From: Octopus bimaculoides
Lineage: Eukaryota
Length of the DNA: 64,000 bases
Direction of reading: 5' to 3'
Assembly (NCBI RefSeq): GCF_001194135.2
Contig: NC_069004.1
Location: 10,334,767 to 10,398,766 of the forward strand
Shown: in pieces, positions 35,123-43,477 of the stretch
Position numbering within the stretch: the first letter of the stretch is position 1
Layout of the letters: the number at the start of each line of letters is the position of its first letter
The notes under the pieces: model-generated
Told to the model about the DNA's origin: nothing
The model's input: the letters and a program-made list of their open reading frames with translations, nothing else
Databases searched by the model: none
Made by a program: the position numbers and the translations under genes

Positions 35123-36490
35123 TAATAATAATAACAACTGGCATTCCATCAGTTATGATAATGAGGGTTCCAGTTGATCCAATCAACGGAACAGCCTGCT
35201 CATGAAATTAACATGCAAGTGCTTGAGCACTCTGCAGACATATGTATCCTTAACATAGTTCTCAGGGAAATTCAACATGACACAGTGTGTAACAAGGCTA
35301 GCTCTTTGAAATACAGATACTATTCATCTTTGCCAGCTGAGTGGACTTGGCATATTCACATGATATTCATACATGTACACATACAATATGCATGCATGCA
35401 TCACACATACTTGAGTCTTAAGGATGGTTACTCTGTTTCCAGGTCATATGACTGGGATCACAACATACGCCATAAACAGGACTGTAGGGCTCAAGGCAAG
35501 CAATTCTGAGGGGACGGAGCAAGCTGATCACACCAACCCCATTACTTGACTGATGCTTTATTTTATCAACTCTAAAGGGATGAGATGCTAAGTTGACCTT
35601 GGTGGGATTTGAACTGGGAACATAGAGAACCAGAAGAAATGCTGTTAAGCATTTTGTCCAATGTGCCAACAACGTTGCCAGCTCACAGCCGTATGCATGT
35701 ATGCATATTTAAACCTTTAGCATTTAAACCGGCCATATCCGGCTAAAAGTATTCTGCCTGTTTTATGTTCAAACTGACCAAATCTGGTCTCTCACACCAA
35801 CCCTACAATATCGTTTTAAAAATTAACAACTACCTCATCAAAATCTCATAGCTACAAGATAATGTATGATTAGTTCAAAACAATGTGGATGAAAAAGCAT
35901 TAATTTTGGCAGAATAATGCAAACACTAAAGGGTTAAATCATGAGCTAAGAAATAAAAATTTCCACTTCCAGGACACCTTCACAGGTTTTTGGTTTTTAT
36001 AAAATGATCTCTTACTTTATCAAAGTCAACCAAAGCATTTGAGAACTGAAACCCAAAGAAATGAGAAAAGCGCCAATAATTACCATTTTACACTTTCTTT
36101 GCCAGGATACAGCTTCCCACTCTCCTTGTTTGCCTTCTTGCTACTGCTGCGGCTCTTCTCCTTCGTAGTCTCGGCACTCTCCTCTTTGTAATATTTGCTG
36201 TCCGCCTTCTTGCTCGGTGCCAAGTGGAACGTCTCAAAGTCTTTGCTCTTGGTCATGTCGGCAACGGTGGTTCTCTGCAGAACTGCAGCATCAGATGAGC
36301 TGCTGCTGCTGCTGGGAGACATTTTTGGTGACTTGCTCTTGTTTGGATGGATGGCTACCTCTCCACAGGTCGTAGAGGAGACAGCATGGGTCTGGCTGGA
36401 TGAAATTCTGTCAAACTGTTCGGCATCCTCATGGCCGTTAGAAGCACACAGGGACAGGCAGCTTTCACTTTCTTCTTTACAACTGCTCAT
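1087..36490 (-). CDS. UPF2: UPF2 / regulator of nonsense transcripts 2 (MIF4G-domain NMD factor), 26 coding exons, 3'-partial (continues past window start)
   Basis: Spliced translation is open for 942 codons with phase-consistent GT-AG junctions. Peptides such as ENRPDETFFSKLDSNLRRNTAFVRKL, DLRFFAELVSVGLF, LPNCVNRELIDK, YDLLPFYSRLVATL, RKKDQINIESKLKTVRFIGEL, IENAYYYSNPP and RKLLYKDLSKVTTEKVLRQMRKL match human UPF2 as recalled. The next expected segment (human VNQPKFNQRR) is not in 1-1086. Confidence 0.98.
1804..1905 (-). CDS. UPF2: UPF2 coding exon c25
   Basis: ttggcag|...CAT|gtaagt; 102 nt; VAFYATKCLTAVWNIRYNSIHCAANLLAGLAPYH. Confidence 0.97.
2455..2496 (-). CDS. UPF2: UPF2 coding exon c24
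   Basis: ttggcag|...GAG|gtaaga; 42 nt; VLRQMRKLDWDNPE. Confidence 0.96.
3040..3334. mobile_element. hAT-type MITE with 8-bp TSD
   Basis: TIRs CAGGGGTTTTCAAACT...AGTTTGAAAACCCCT; perfect 8-bp flanking duplication ttctaaac (3032-3039 and 3335-3342). Confidence 0.9.
3535..3720 (-). CDS. UPF2: UPF2 coding exon c23
   Basis: tcttcag|...AAG|gtgata; 186 nt; DVVMRKKAALHLDSRYITMIENAYYYSNPPEVPQMVKKVRPPMHEYIRKLLYKDLSKVTTEK. Confidence 0.98.
4816..4932 (-). CDS. UPF2: UPF2 coding exon c22
   Basis: tccccag|...TTG|gtaagt-type donor (gtaagt at 4815-4810); 117 nt; NLLVDFTHHNIEMACALLETCGRYLYRQMDSHHRTKVYL. Confidence 0.97.
5647..5702 (-). CDS. UPF2: UPF2 coding exon c21
   Basis: ttggtag|...AAG|gtaaaa; 56 nt; (G)ELVKFKMFPKTETLFCLK. 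Confidence 0.96.
6520..6577 (-). CDS. UPF2: UPF2 coding exon c20
   Basis: tttccag|...G|gttagt; 58 nt; IRKKDQINIESKLKTVRFI. Confidence 0.97.
7554..7662 (-). CDS. UPF2: UPF2 coding exon c19
   Basis: tttccag|...CAT|gtaagt; 109 nt; (R)YDLLPFYSRLVATLYPCMPDVANDLVHLLKGDFRWH. Confidence 0.98.
8542..8627 (-). CDS. UPF2: UPF2 coding exon c18
   Basis: ctttcag|...AG|gttagt; 86 nt; NAVDFCMSFNTKTNRKKLVRALFTVHRT. Confidence 0.97.
9855..9949 (-). CDS. UPF2: UPF2 coding exon c17
   Basis: attgcag|...AAG|gtacca; 95 nt; (E)EEGDTGHLMKAQFDTFLQSLPNCVNRELIDK (start of MIF4G-2). Confidence 0.97.
10212..10446 (+). mobile_element. SINE family 2 (GGCGGTGAGCTGGCAG... head), full length
   Basis: 15-bp TSD aa(c/t)atgttactgtaa (10197-10211 and 10447-10461). 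Related copies at about 14145-14372(-), 31465-31680(+), 46800-47010(-), 34845-35055(-), 62330-62452(-), 16180-16385(+). Confidence 0.85.
11398..11820 (+). mobile_element. SINE family 1 (GGCGCAGGAGTGGCTGTGTGG... head, internal (TA)n(TG)n, AAAAGA-repeat tail)
   Basis: tRNA-like box A/B head and simple-repeat tail. Full copies at about 23145-23550(+), 57890-58263(-), 5082-5460(+), 61165-61480(-), plus many fragments. Confidence 0.85.
11855..12016 (-). CDS. UPF2: UPF2 coding exon c16 (acidic linker)
   Basis: tcaccag|...G|gttggt; 162 nt, phase 1-1; (D)IETLKIEDIDPEIEFEQKELP...DDDIEEELDMIHQPDI. The weak donor was chosen because it gives the phase that c17 requires. Confidence 0.88.
12550..12978 (-). 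mobile_element. Non-autonomous Helitron
   Basis: On the minus strand it starts A|TC (12978), ends CTAG|T (12550), has a subterminal imperfect GC hairpin (gcccggtttcacccgg) and no TSD. A partial copy lies in the opposite orientation at about 2061-2175. Confidence 0.72.
13406..13478 (-). CDS. UPF2: UPF2 coding exon c15
   Basis: cccatag|...G|gtacac; 73 nt; ILYKESEHASSKDETKEDVTALEE. Confidence 0.93.
14145..14372 (-). mobile_element. SINE family 2 copy
   Basis: Reverse complement of the 10212 element; 13-bp TSD tt(g/a)tagctattct (14132-14144 and 14373-14385). Confidence 0.85.
14451..14543 (-). CDS. UPF2: UPF2 coding exon c14
   Basis: tgcttag|...GGG|gtaagt; 93 nt; FHYEGDTSLFEDEDTRTFYESLPDLRSLIPG. 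Confidence 0.96.
15519..15580 (-). CDS. UPF2: UPF2 coding exon c13
   Basis: ttttcag|...GAA|gtaagt; 62 nt; (E)LKQDSEGAMFDIFNPIKNAE. Confidence 0.92.
15685..15750. repeat. 22-bp tandem repeat x3
   Basis: atggacaccata(ca/tt)gtcatttt repeated three times. Confidence 0.9.
15955..15994 (-). CDS. UPF2: UPF2 coding exon c12
   Basis: tattcag|...G|gtaagt; 40 nt; DLLDEEIPDLPEE. Confidence 0.95.
16862..16954 (-). CDS. UPF2: UPF2 coding exon c11
   Basis: ctttcag|...GCA|gtacgt; 93 nt; TKGELSNERKENYETAIVNYQKLQQNTYTLA. Confidence 0.96.
17683..18040 (+). mobile_element. Retroposon family 3 (GGCACGTAAAA sub-repeats, ...GGAAAGCGGACGTTAAAC(GAT)n tail)
   Basis: Shared 3' sequence with a (GAT)n tail and variable 5' truncation. 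Copies at about 19760-20047(-), 25797-26093(+), 39491-39680(-), 49770-50168(+), 28770-29020(+). SINE or LINE tail; family name not assigned. Confidence 0.75.
18182..18313 (-). CDS. UPF2: UPF2 coding exon c10
   Basis: ttgacag|...CAG|gtaagt; 132 nt; MLPPERQKACRNLLKEYYATLCKHLKKLHKDLKTIEQQNRKILQ. Confidence 0.96.
19334..19376 (-). CDS. UPF2: UPF2 coding exon c9
   Basis: cttgcag|...AAT|gtaagt; 43 nt; (R)ILAEKHNLEIERSN. Confidence 0.93.
20356..20573 (-). CDS. UPF2: UPF2 coding exon c8
   Basis: gctacag|...AG|gtatgt; 218 nt; IANLSKYRVDLRFFAELVSVGLF...FCKHCGDDYVGIVPRKY. Confidence 0.97.
21383..21532 (-). CDS. UPF2: UPF2 coding exon c7
   Basis: gttttag|...AGG|gtacga; 150 nt; AAALTEAKLKMSDINCAVLICSLLHQRYADFSSCLMENWQKYLLCKKEER. 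Confidence 0.97.
21950..22213 (+). mobile_element. tRNA-headed SINE with a Meta/V-domain-like core
   Basis: Head related to family 4; core CCTGCGATGGACTGGCATCCCATCCAGG resembles the conserved central domains of Meta-/V-SINEs (from memory). Confidence 0.55.
22910..22990 (-). CDS. UPF2: UPF2 coding exon c6
   Basis: attgcag|...GCA|gtaagt; 81 nt; RNLTESLKDSLTKDIQSLNLSKYIGEA. Confidence 0.96.
23145..23550 (+). mobile_element. SINE family 1 copy
   Basis: Near-identical to 11398-11820. Confidence 0.85.
24506..24582 (-). CDS. UPF2: UPF2 coding exon c5
   Basis: tttatag|...CTG|gtaagt; 77 nt; ENRPDETFFSKLDSNLRRNTAFVRKL (start of MIF4G-1). Confidence 0.97.
25406..25490 (-). CDS. UPF2: UPF2 coding exon c4
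   Basis: cttgcag|...G|gtgagt; 85 nt; RTIQDYIQEVKERLDQKNYLRGKNLNAA. Confidence 0.92.
26264..26305 (-). CDS. UPF2: UPF2 coding exon c3
   Basis: ttttcag|...TTG|gtaggt; 42 nt; KKKEAEEAQIQEEL; phase 0-0. Confidence 0.85.
26536..26910 (-). mobile_element. tRNA-derived SINE family 4, nested in a family-2 SINE (about 26408-27005)
   Basis: Reverse complement of the 36654 copy; perfect 10-bp TSD tcaataaaat (26526-26535 and 26911-26920). Confidence 0.88.
27028..27249. mobile_element. piggyBac-type MITE (subfamily A)
   Basis: TTAA|CCCTTT...AAAGGA|TTAA; highly similar to 29141-29361. Confidence 0.82.
27652..27808 (-). CDS. UPF2: UPF2 coding exon c2
   Basis: cttacag|...CGG|gtcagt; 157 nt; (C)PLKAGKEPRGVEMKSAAELEALWQKEEEEKRKLEEEKKKQEEEMRLQEELLR, a charged coiled-coil like the human N-terminus. 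Confidence 0.88.
27934..28211. mobile_element. Second copy of the same hAT-type MITE, opposite orientation
   Basis: Near-identical reverse complement of 3040-3334; same TIRs; TSD not preserved. A 43-bp internal piece also occurs at about 50897-50939. Confidence 0.88.
29141..29361. mobile_element. piggyBac-type MITE (subfamily A)
   Basis: TTAA|CCCTTT...AAAGGG|TTAA ends; a sister copy lies at 27028-27249. Confidence 0.85.
35713..35933. mobile_element. piggyBac-type MITE (subfamily B); other copies about 6741-6961, 19533-19748, 20772-20991, 30662-30868
   Basis: TTAA-flanked elements of about 210-220 bp with (C)CCTTTAG...CTAAAGGG ends and a shared internal sequence, in both orientations. Confidence 0.8.
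36084..36490 (-). CDS. UPF2: UPF2 coding exon c1 (start codon; exon begins at 36508)
   Basis: Acceptor ttgtttttgttatctag at 36509-36510, 18 nt of UTR with an in-frame TAA, then ATG with A at -3. Encodes MSSCKEE...ESVK. Donor TG|gtaatt, phase 2, joins c2 in frame. No recognisable homology. Confidence 0.8.
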
Positions 36491-36564
36491 GATAAACAGC
36501 TTTTAAATCTAGATAACAAAAACAAAAGTTATAAAGGAGTTATTCCTTCACAGTGTCACTACTA

Positions 36565-37534
36565 CAAGGTTTGGCTGGAAAGTTCATAGATTGACCAAGA
36601 TACTCTCATGGAATGTGACTAAATGAGGTTTCTTTTTCAATATAGTCTCCTTGGTGGAGGCGCAATGGCCCAGTGGTTAGGGCAGCGGACTCGCGGTCGT
36701 AGGATTGCGGTTTCGATTCCCAGACCAGGCGTTGTGAGTGTTTATTGAGCGAAAACACCTAAAGCTCCACGAGGCTCCGGCAGGGGATGGTGGCGAACCC
36801 TGCTGTACTCTTCCACCACAACTTTCTGTCACTCTTTCTTCCTGTTTCTGTTGTACCTGTAATTCAAAGGGCCAGCCTTGTCACACTGTGTCACGCTGAA
36901 TATCCCCGAGAACTACGTTAAGGGTACACGTGTGACTGTGGAGTGCTCAGCCACTTGCACGTTAATTTCACGAGCTGGCTGTTCCGTTGGTCGGATCAAC
37001 TGGAACCCTCAACGTCGTAAGCGACGGAGTGCCAACAACAAGATAGTTTCCTTGCAGCCCACGTCTTCTATCATTGTTGCAGTGCTCGGATCCCATTGGT
37101 GAAGAAGCTTTGATCTTGTTTGTCAAAAAAAGTCATCAACAGCAGACGTGACATTATTATCACTGCAATGCTGGTTCCCAGCCAAGTGCTTCTTTTATGT
37201 TGGGAACAAGGTTTGTCAGATATGTCTCAATCAAATCACCATATTGAAACCTTTTAAACCACAGCTGACATATACGAGCTTTCACTGCATCCAGATACAC
37301 TTCACACATTGCTTCTGTAGCAGTACCGTTTTCTTCAAAACTCATACAGTAAGCAATGGCAAATATGTTCCCCTCCATGGAATTAATTACCGAAATAACT
37401 ACGAATGACACACTGCCAGATGGAAGAGATGATATACTATTTGTAGACAGTTCTCACCAATTCAACCTTGTGAATGGTTGATTCATATTTCAAAGTAGTG
37501 AAAAAAAAAAACAATTACTTTCCGAACTCCCTAA
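36565..37534 (-). mobile_element. Composite mariner relic (HTH 5' fragment joined to catalytic C-terminal fragment), interrupted by a SINE
   Basis: TATEAMCEVYLDAVKARICQLWFKRFQYGD (mariner HTH) abuts LFPNIKKHLAGNQ...SAVDDFF..QDQSFFTNGIRALQ. TA dinucleotides at both ends (36563-36564 and 37535-37536). Confidence 0.78.
36654..37042 (+). mobile_element. tRNA-derived SINE family 4, nested in a mariner relic
   Basis: Head GTGGAGGCGCAATGGCCCAGTGGTTAGG (box A)...GGTTTCGATTCC (box B), (CAA)n tail; 12-bp TSD atagtYtccttg (36642-36653 and 37043-37054). Confidence 0.88.
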
Positions 37535-37907
37535 TATATACAGATACATCATAGACACATCAAAGCAAAATAAAAAATTTCTTAAACAACACAAAAAACA
37601 GCAGGACACCAGCAGACAAAATATCCTGCAGTCCTCGGTTTTATGTATCTGGGGATCATCATCACCATTTAACGTGCACTTTTCCATGCCTGCATGGATT
37701 GGACATAGTTTGTAAAGGCAAACATTTTTGGCCAGATGTTCTTCATGTTGCCAACTCCCACCTGTTTTCAAGCAAGATGATATTTTCCATGGCCAGACAT
37801 GTTTTTTAAAGAAGACTGGAAACAAACAACACATTTATTCACAACAACCATCATGTTATGTCAAGACAAGAGTACACAGAAATAAATAAATATTATATAT
37901 ACACACA

Positions 37908-38211
37908 CTTTAGGTTAGTTAAAATATGTTTGTGACATGTTTCAACTTCTAAAGGCAAATTCACTGCAGTTACCATGGAGAAAGAATTCTCTCTTATGGT
38001 AAAAGGTGTAAAAATACCATATCTGCCAAGTGCTTCCCTCTACTGGATTCCAGGCACATTTCTAGTTGTTTAGCCATTGGGGTAGCACTAGACAGATGTA
38101 GTGTTTTCATACCTTTTACCATGAGAGAGAATTTTTTCCTCTATAGCAGCTGCAGTGAATTTGCCTTTAAAAGTTGAAATATGTCACAAACATATTTTAA
38201 CTAGCCTCAAG
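37908..38211. repeat. Fold-back element: about 130-bp imperfect inverted repeats with a spacer of about 40 bp
   Basis: Left arm taggttagttaaaatatgtttgtgacatgtttcaacttctaaaggcaaattcactgcag... pairs with the reverse complement ending ...catattttaactagcctcaag. Confidence 0.88.
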
Positions 38212-38572
38212 TTTGCTTCTGCCTAAACACTACTTGGCACTGATACTTTTGGATNNNNNNNNNNNNNNNNNNNNNNNNNNNNNNNNNNNNNNNNNNNNNN
38301 NNNNNNNNNNNNNNNNNNNNNNNNNNNNNNNNNNNNNNNNNNNNNNNNNNNNNNNNNNNNNNNNNNNNNNNNNNNNNNNNNNNNNNNNNNNNNNNNNNNN
38401 NNNNNNNNNNNNNNNNNNNNNNNNNNNNNNNNNNNNNNNNNNNNNNNNNNNNNNNNNNNNNNNNNNNNNNNNNNNNNNNNNNNNNNNNNNNNNNNNNNNN
38501 NNNNNNNNNNNNNNNNNNNNNNNNNNNNNNNNNNNNNNNNNNNNNNNNNNNNNNNNNNNNNNNNNNNNNNNN

Positions 38573-38615
<43 letters not shown>

Positions 38616-39294
38616 ATAAATACATACACACATACATGTGATGGGTTTCTTTTGGTTTCCCTCTACCAAATCCATTCACAAGACTTTGGATAACCTGGAG
38701 CAATAGTAGAAGATATTTGCCCAAGGTGTCAAGTGGAAGAACTGACTACAAGATTACATGGTTGGAAAACAAGCTTCTTAGCCACAGAACCAAGCCTGCA
38801 CCTCAAATGGAAATAGAAACTCATCATGTACCAGGGTGAATTCAATTATATCTCTCCAATACAAACTTCTGGTCTGGTGCCAATGTGAGAAATTATTATT
38901 ATCAGACAAGAAATCCCATGCTATACTAAATTAATTTGATGAGTTATGCAGGCTTAAAGGAAGTAAAAAACAAACAAACCACACCTTTATATAGCTTAGC
39001 TCTAAATGTGAATCAGAATACACAGAAAGACAAATGAAATAGCCATACAGAATTGATGAAGAGTCTGAAAGCCATAGAAGTAGCAGCTGAAGATTATAGA
39101 TTTAAAAAAAAAAAGTTACTCTAATGTGGGACCATCATTCTCTATGCTGTACCCAGAGAGAGAGTTGAACTTAGTACTACAAGTTAACAAACCACTGTAT
39201 TTAACAATCCAACTGTGTAAGTTTACAGATTTAAGCTTTTCCAATCCTACCGTTTTGGCGGGTAATGTAAAGAGGATCTGGATTAGCCATGGAT

Positions 39295-39343
<49 letters not shown>

Positions 39344-40455
39344 CACACACCCACACAAACACAAACTATGAACTATTTAGCTGGTAATTTTCTACTTATC
39401 AAACTGGACATCTGTGATTCTCATAACAGAAGGCTAATTATGCAAACTGTAAGACAAAATCTTAAAAACACACATTGTGTATGTATTTACATCATCATCA
39501 TCATCATCATCATCATCGTTTAACGTCCGCTTTCCATGCTAGCATGGGTTGGACGATTTGACTGAGGACTGGTGAAACCGGATGGCAACACCAGGCTCCA
39601 GTCTGATTTGGCAGAGTTTCTACAGCTGGATGCCCTTCCTAACGCCAACCACTCAGAGAGTGTAGTGGGTGCTTTTACGTNNNNNNNNNNNNNNNNNNNN
39701 NNNNNNNNNNNNNNNNNNNNNNNNNNNNNNNNNNNNNNNNNNNNNNNNNNNNNNNNNNNNNNNNNNNNNNNNNNNNNNNNNNNNNNNNNNNNNNNNNNNN
39801 NNNNNNNNNNNNNNNNNNNNNNNNNNNNNNNNNNNNNNNNNNNNNNNNNNNNNNNNNNNNNNNNNNNNNNNNNNNNNNNNNNNNNNNNNNNNNNNNNNNN
39901 NNNNNNNNNNNNNNNNNNNNNNNNNNNNNNNNNNNNNNNNNNNNNNNNNNNNNNNNNNNNNNNNNNNNNNNNNNNNNNNNNNNNNNNNNNNNNNNNNNNN
40001 NNNNNNNNNNNNNNNNNNNNNNNNNNNNNNNNNNNNNNNNNNNNNNNNNNNNNNNNNNNNNNNNNNNNNNNNNNNNNNNNNNNNNNNNNNNNNNNNNNNN
40101 NNNNNNNNNNNNNNNNNNNNNNNNNNNNNNNNNNNNNNNNNNNNNNNNNNNNNNNNNNNNNNNNNNNNNNNNNNNNNNNNNNNNNNNNNNNNNNNNNNNN
40201 NNNNNNNNNNNNNNNNNNNNNNNNNNNNNNNNNNNNNNNNNNNNNNNNNNNNNNNNNNNNNNNNNNNNNNNNNNNNNNNNNNNNNNNNNNNNNNNNNNNN
40301 NNNNNNNNNNNNNNNNNNNAAAGGATTACAACCTATGTGATCCATAGGGATCTGTGAATATCACAGATCCCTATGGATCACATAGGTTGTAATCCTTTGA
40401 AACATATGTAGGAATAAAGTATGCAATTATAACATGCGTTTTCTCCATTCCTTAA

Positions 40456-40512
<57 letters not shown>

Positions 40513-41075
40513 GATACATAAATACATCTACATATGTATATACACACACACACATACATACATACATATCATCACTGTTTTAAACCACTTTGCATGCTGG
40601 AATGGGTTGGATGGGACACCAGAATTTTCGGTGGTGCTGCCCATGTAGACAAGTCAGAAGATTACACCTTGCTCATGAGAGAGAGAGAGTGCTGGTACTC
40701 TGTGGTATAACAATATTGCAGTCTTGTCAGTGAATTACTTCATTTTTGTCAATCTAGTTACCACATACAAATCTCCTCATACCAACAAGCTCACTACAAA
40801 GTATGGTACATAATCTATGTACCATATGTGGTTACCAGACAAGGAATTCAGTTTCTAGGTTGTATATCTTGAAAACTGTATTACGACAGGTATTTTCACA
40901 ATGTAGTTCATTTATGGTTTCATATTTTATTCTAATATACAGTCATAATATTGTCCTTACATGCACAGAATCATACATTTTCTTTACAAAACCACATAAA
41001 AATAATTTTTTTCAATATGTACACGATGAAAGATACATTTGTTTTTTCCACAAACTATACTTATAAAAAAAAAAT

Positions 41076-41466
41076 GTAGAGGCGCAATGGCCTAGTGGTT
41101 AGGGCAGCGGACTCGCGGTCATAGGATCGCGGTTTCGATTCCCAGACCAAGCGTTATGAGTGTTTATTGAGCGAAAACACCTAAAGCTCCACGAGGCTCT
41201 GGCAGGAGATGGTGGCGAACCCTGCTGTACTCTTTCACCACAACTTTCTCTCACTCTTACTTCCTGTTTCTGTTGTGTCTGTAATTCAAAGGGTCAGCCT
41301 TGTCACACTCTGTGTCATGCTGAATATCCCCCAAGAACTACATTAAGGGTTCACGTGTCTGTAGAGTGCTCAGCCACTTGCACGTTAATTTCACGAGCAG
41401 GCTGTTCTGTTGATCGGATCAACTGGAACCCTCGACATCGTAAACGACGGAGTGCCAACAACAACA
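41076..41466 (+). mobile_element. tRNA-derived SINE family 4 copy
   Basis: Same head, body and tail; flanked by acttataaaa on both sides. Confidence 0.87.
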
Positions 41467-42107
41467 ACTTATAAAATGGTGGTGGGGTTTAAAGCAAGAG
41501 TGCATCTCATACACCAGCAATATGCACTATATATTACCTCATCTCGTGACCTGAAGCAGTTCTGGCTGCTGTCTTTAACAGGTTGAGCAACCACACAGAA
41601 CCTCCATTGGAATTACCAGCTTTAATGAGAAGTCACTATGAGAAGTCACTATGCATATGGTCACTAATTCTAGTAGTAAAATCTGGCACAAATTCCAACT
41701 TACAGTCTTTATAAAAGGAAACACTGAATAATGTACTCCTAGACATACTATGTCAAAATGAGAGGGATGTTGTGGACTATGACAGGTCCACTCAGTGAGG
41801 GATAGCATGGATGTAACAGCAACGACCAATGGAAATTATGCTAATCTAGAACAAGGCCAGACACACTGAAATAGCAAGATTATCAATAAGATATATATAC
41901 ATTTTGTAGATTATAAATCATTTCAAAGAGTTAAATAATAAATGTGTCCAGGTGCAGGAAGATTTATTATAGAGTAGCAAATCAAGAGATAGATGTACCC
42001 TGATAAAGACTAATGAAAATTTTAAACGAATTCAAAGAAGTTCAGTTAGTGGAAGGCAGGAGAGTGATTTAATTACAGTAGAACTTAGAATAAACTTTAT
42101 AAATATA

Positions 42108-42224
42108 TTGGGTTGTCCAGAAAGTTCATGCCGATTTTTAAAGGAAAGAAAAAGGTCAATAAATACTTGCCATTACATTTTTAATCAACCAAATATGAAC
42201 CATTTTGTTGCACAATGCGTCTCC
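42108..42224 (-). mobile_element. Mariner 3' terminal fragment
   Basis: TA|TTGGGTTGTCCAGAAAGTTC TIR-like end; minus strand encodes RRIVQQNGSYLVD*, a typical mariner C-terminus. Confidence 0.7.
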
Positions 42225-42285
42225 TGACACTATGTGTCAGTTTTTTTTCATTTTTGTGTAATTCTAAGACAATTTATTCACCGCA

Positions 42286-42354
<69 letters not shown>

Positions 42355-42358
<4 letters not shown>

Positions 42359-43477
42359 GGAGCTGGACAAAATAATGTAAGATTTTCTATTGGCAATGAG
42401 ACAAAATCAAAACTATTCAAGTCTGTATATTTGTGTTCATATGCATTATGTATACCTCATACTATATATCATGACATAGCTCTATTTTTTTTCAGATATT
42501 TATATTTACATAAGTTAAAATGCATACCTTATCTGATTTCCCATGAGGATAAATTGCTGGAGTACAGTCACTAAAACTATTAAATTGTTCAATGTTTTGA
42601 GAATTATGTTGGCATTCCCAAATCAAGTACAACCAGCTCTAGTGAGTATAATTCTGGAGAAAGCAAAATTAACCAACTATAGCAGCAAAAAAAAAGAGAG
42701 TAGAGCTAAACCATCACTTTACCAACCCTGTGTACCAATGAGCTCCATAAAACTGGATACCATAAGAAGGCTGCAACCCTCATCAAGATTGATAAGCAGA
42801 AAAAAATGGTGTCTAGACTATTAGAAGTGGCCAATGGGACAATGTCATCTTCTCTGATGAATCCATCGGTCGCTCATTTTCCCCACTTGGGGGCAAGTTT
42901 CTCTCTGAAGACAATCCTAAGAAATCTTCAGCAATGACTGTTTGGCTCCTTCTCTGAAGCATGGGGGTGGCTCTGTGGCGATTTGGGCTGCCATTTCACA
43001 GAATTCTTGCAGCCCTTCTGTTGTTCTACATGGCAAAGTTAATAATGCCAAAGATAATCTGAGTATTTTGGCCAAGCATTTTGAACCTAAGATACATACA
43101 TTGTTTCCTGATGGTAGCACAAACTTTCAAAATGATAATGTGTCAATTCACACAGCTTATGTTATTCAAAATTAGTACAAAGAGCACAAAGGTGGAGTAG
43201 ACCAATTGGCTTTCCCCACATATATGCAATCACCAGGTCTCAATATAATTGAACATTTATGATGCATTTTGGAGCAGCAAGGAGCTGTTTCCCTCTGCCA
43301 TCATCCTCAAATGAGCTAAAGCAGGTTTTACTAAGAGAATGACTCAAAGCTCCCCCAACAATCGTTCAGAACCTGTACAAATCAATTCCTTGATATATTA
43401 AAACTGTGATTGATGCCAAAGGTGGACCAACTGTCTATCAAATAATAAAAGTTCCATGATTTTGTCCAACCCTTGTG
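42355..43477 (+). mobile_element. Tc1-family (DD34E-type) DNA transposon, decayed
   Basis: 23-bp TIRs, 19/23 identical (CACAGGAGCTGGACAAAATAATG / CACAAGGGTTGGACAAAATCATG), TA after the 3' TIR. Frameshifted transposase motifs (D)NVIFSDES, KHGGGSVAIW, FQNDN..IHTA, SPGLNIIEHL. Confidence 0.9.

Noticed and set aside
36654-36730. tRNA genes at SINE heads (also 41076, 26910, 21950, 60655)
   Set aside because: Box A/B present but no complete cloverleaf; each continues into a multi-copy SINE body with a tail or TSD.
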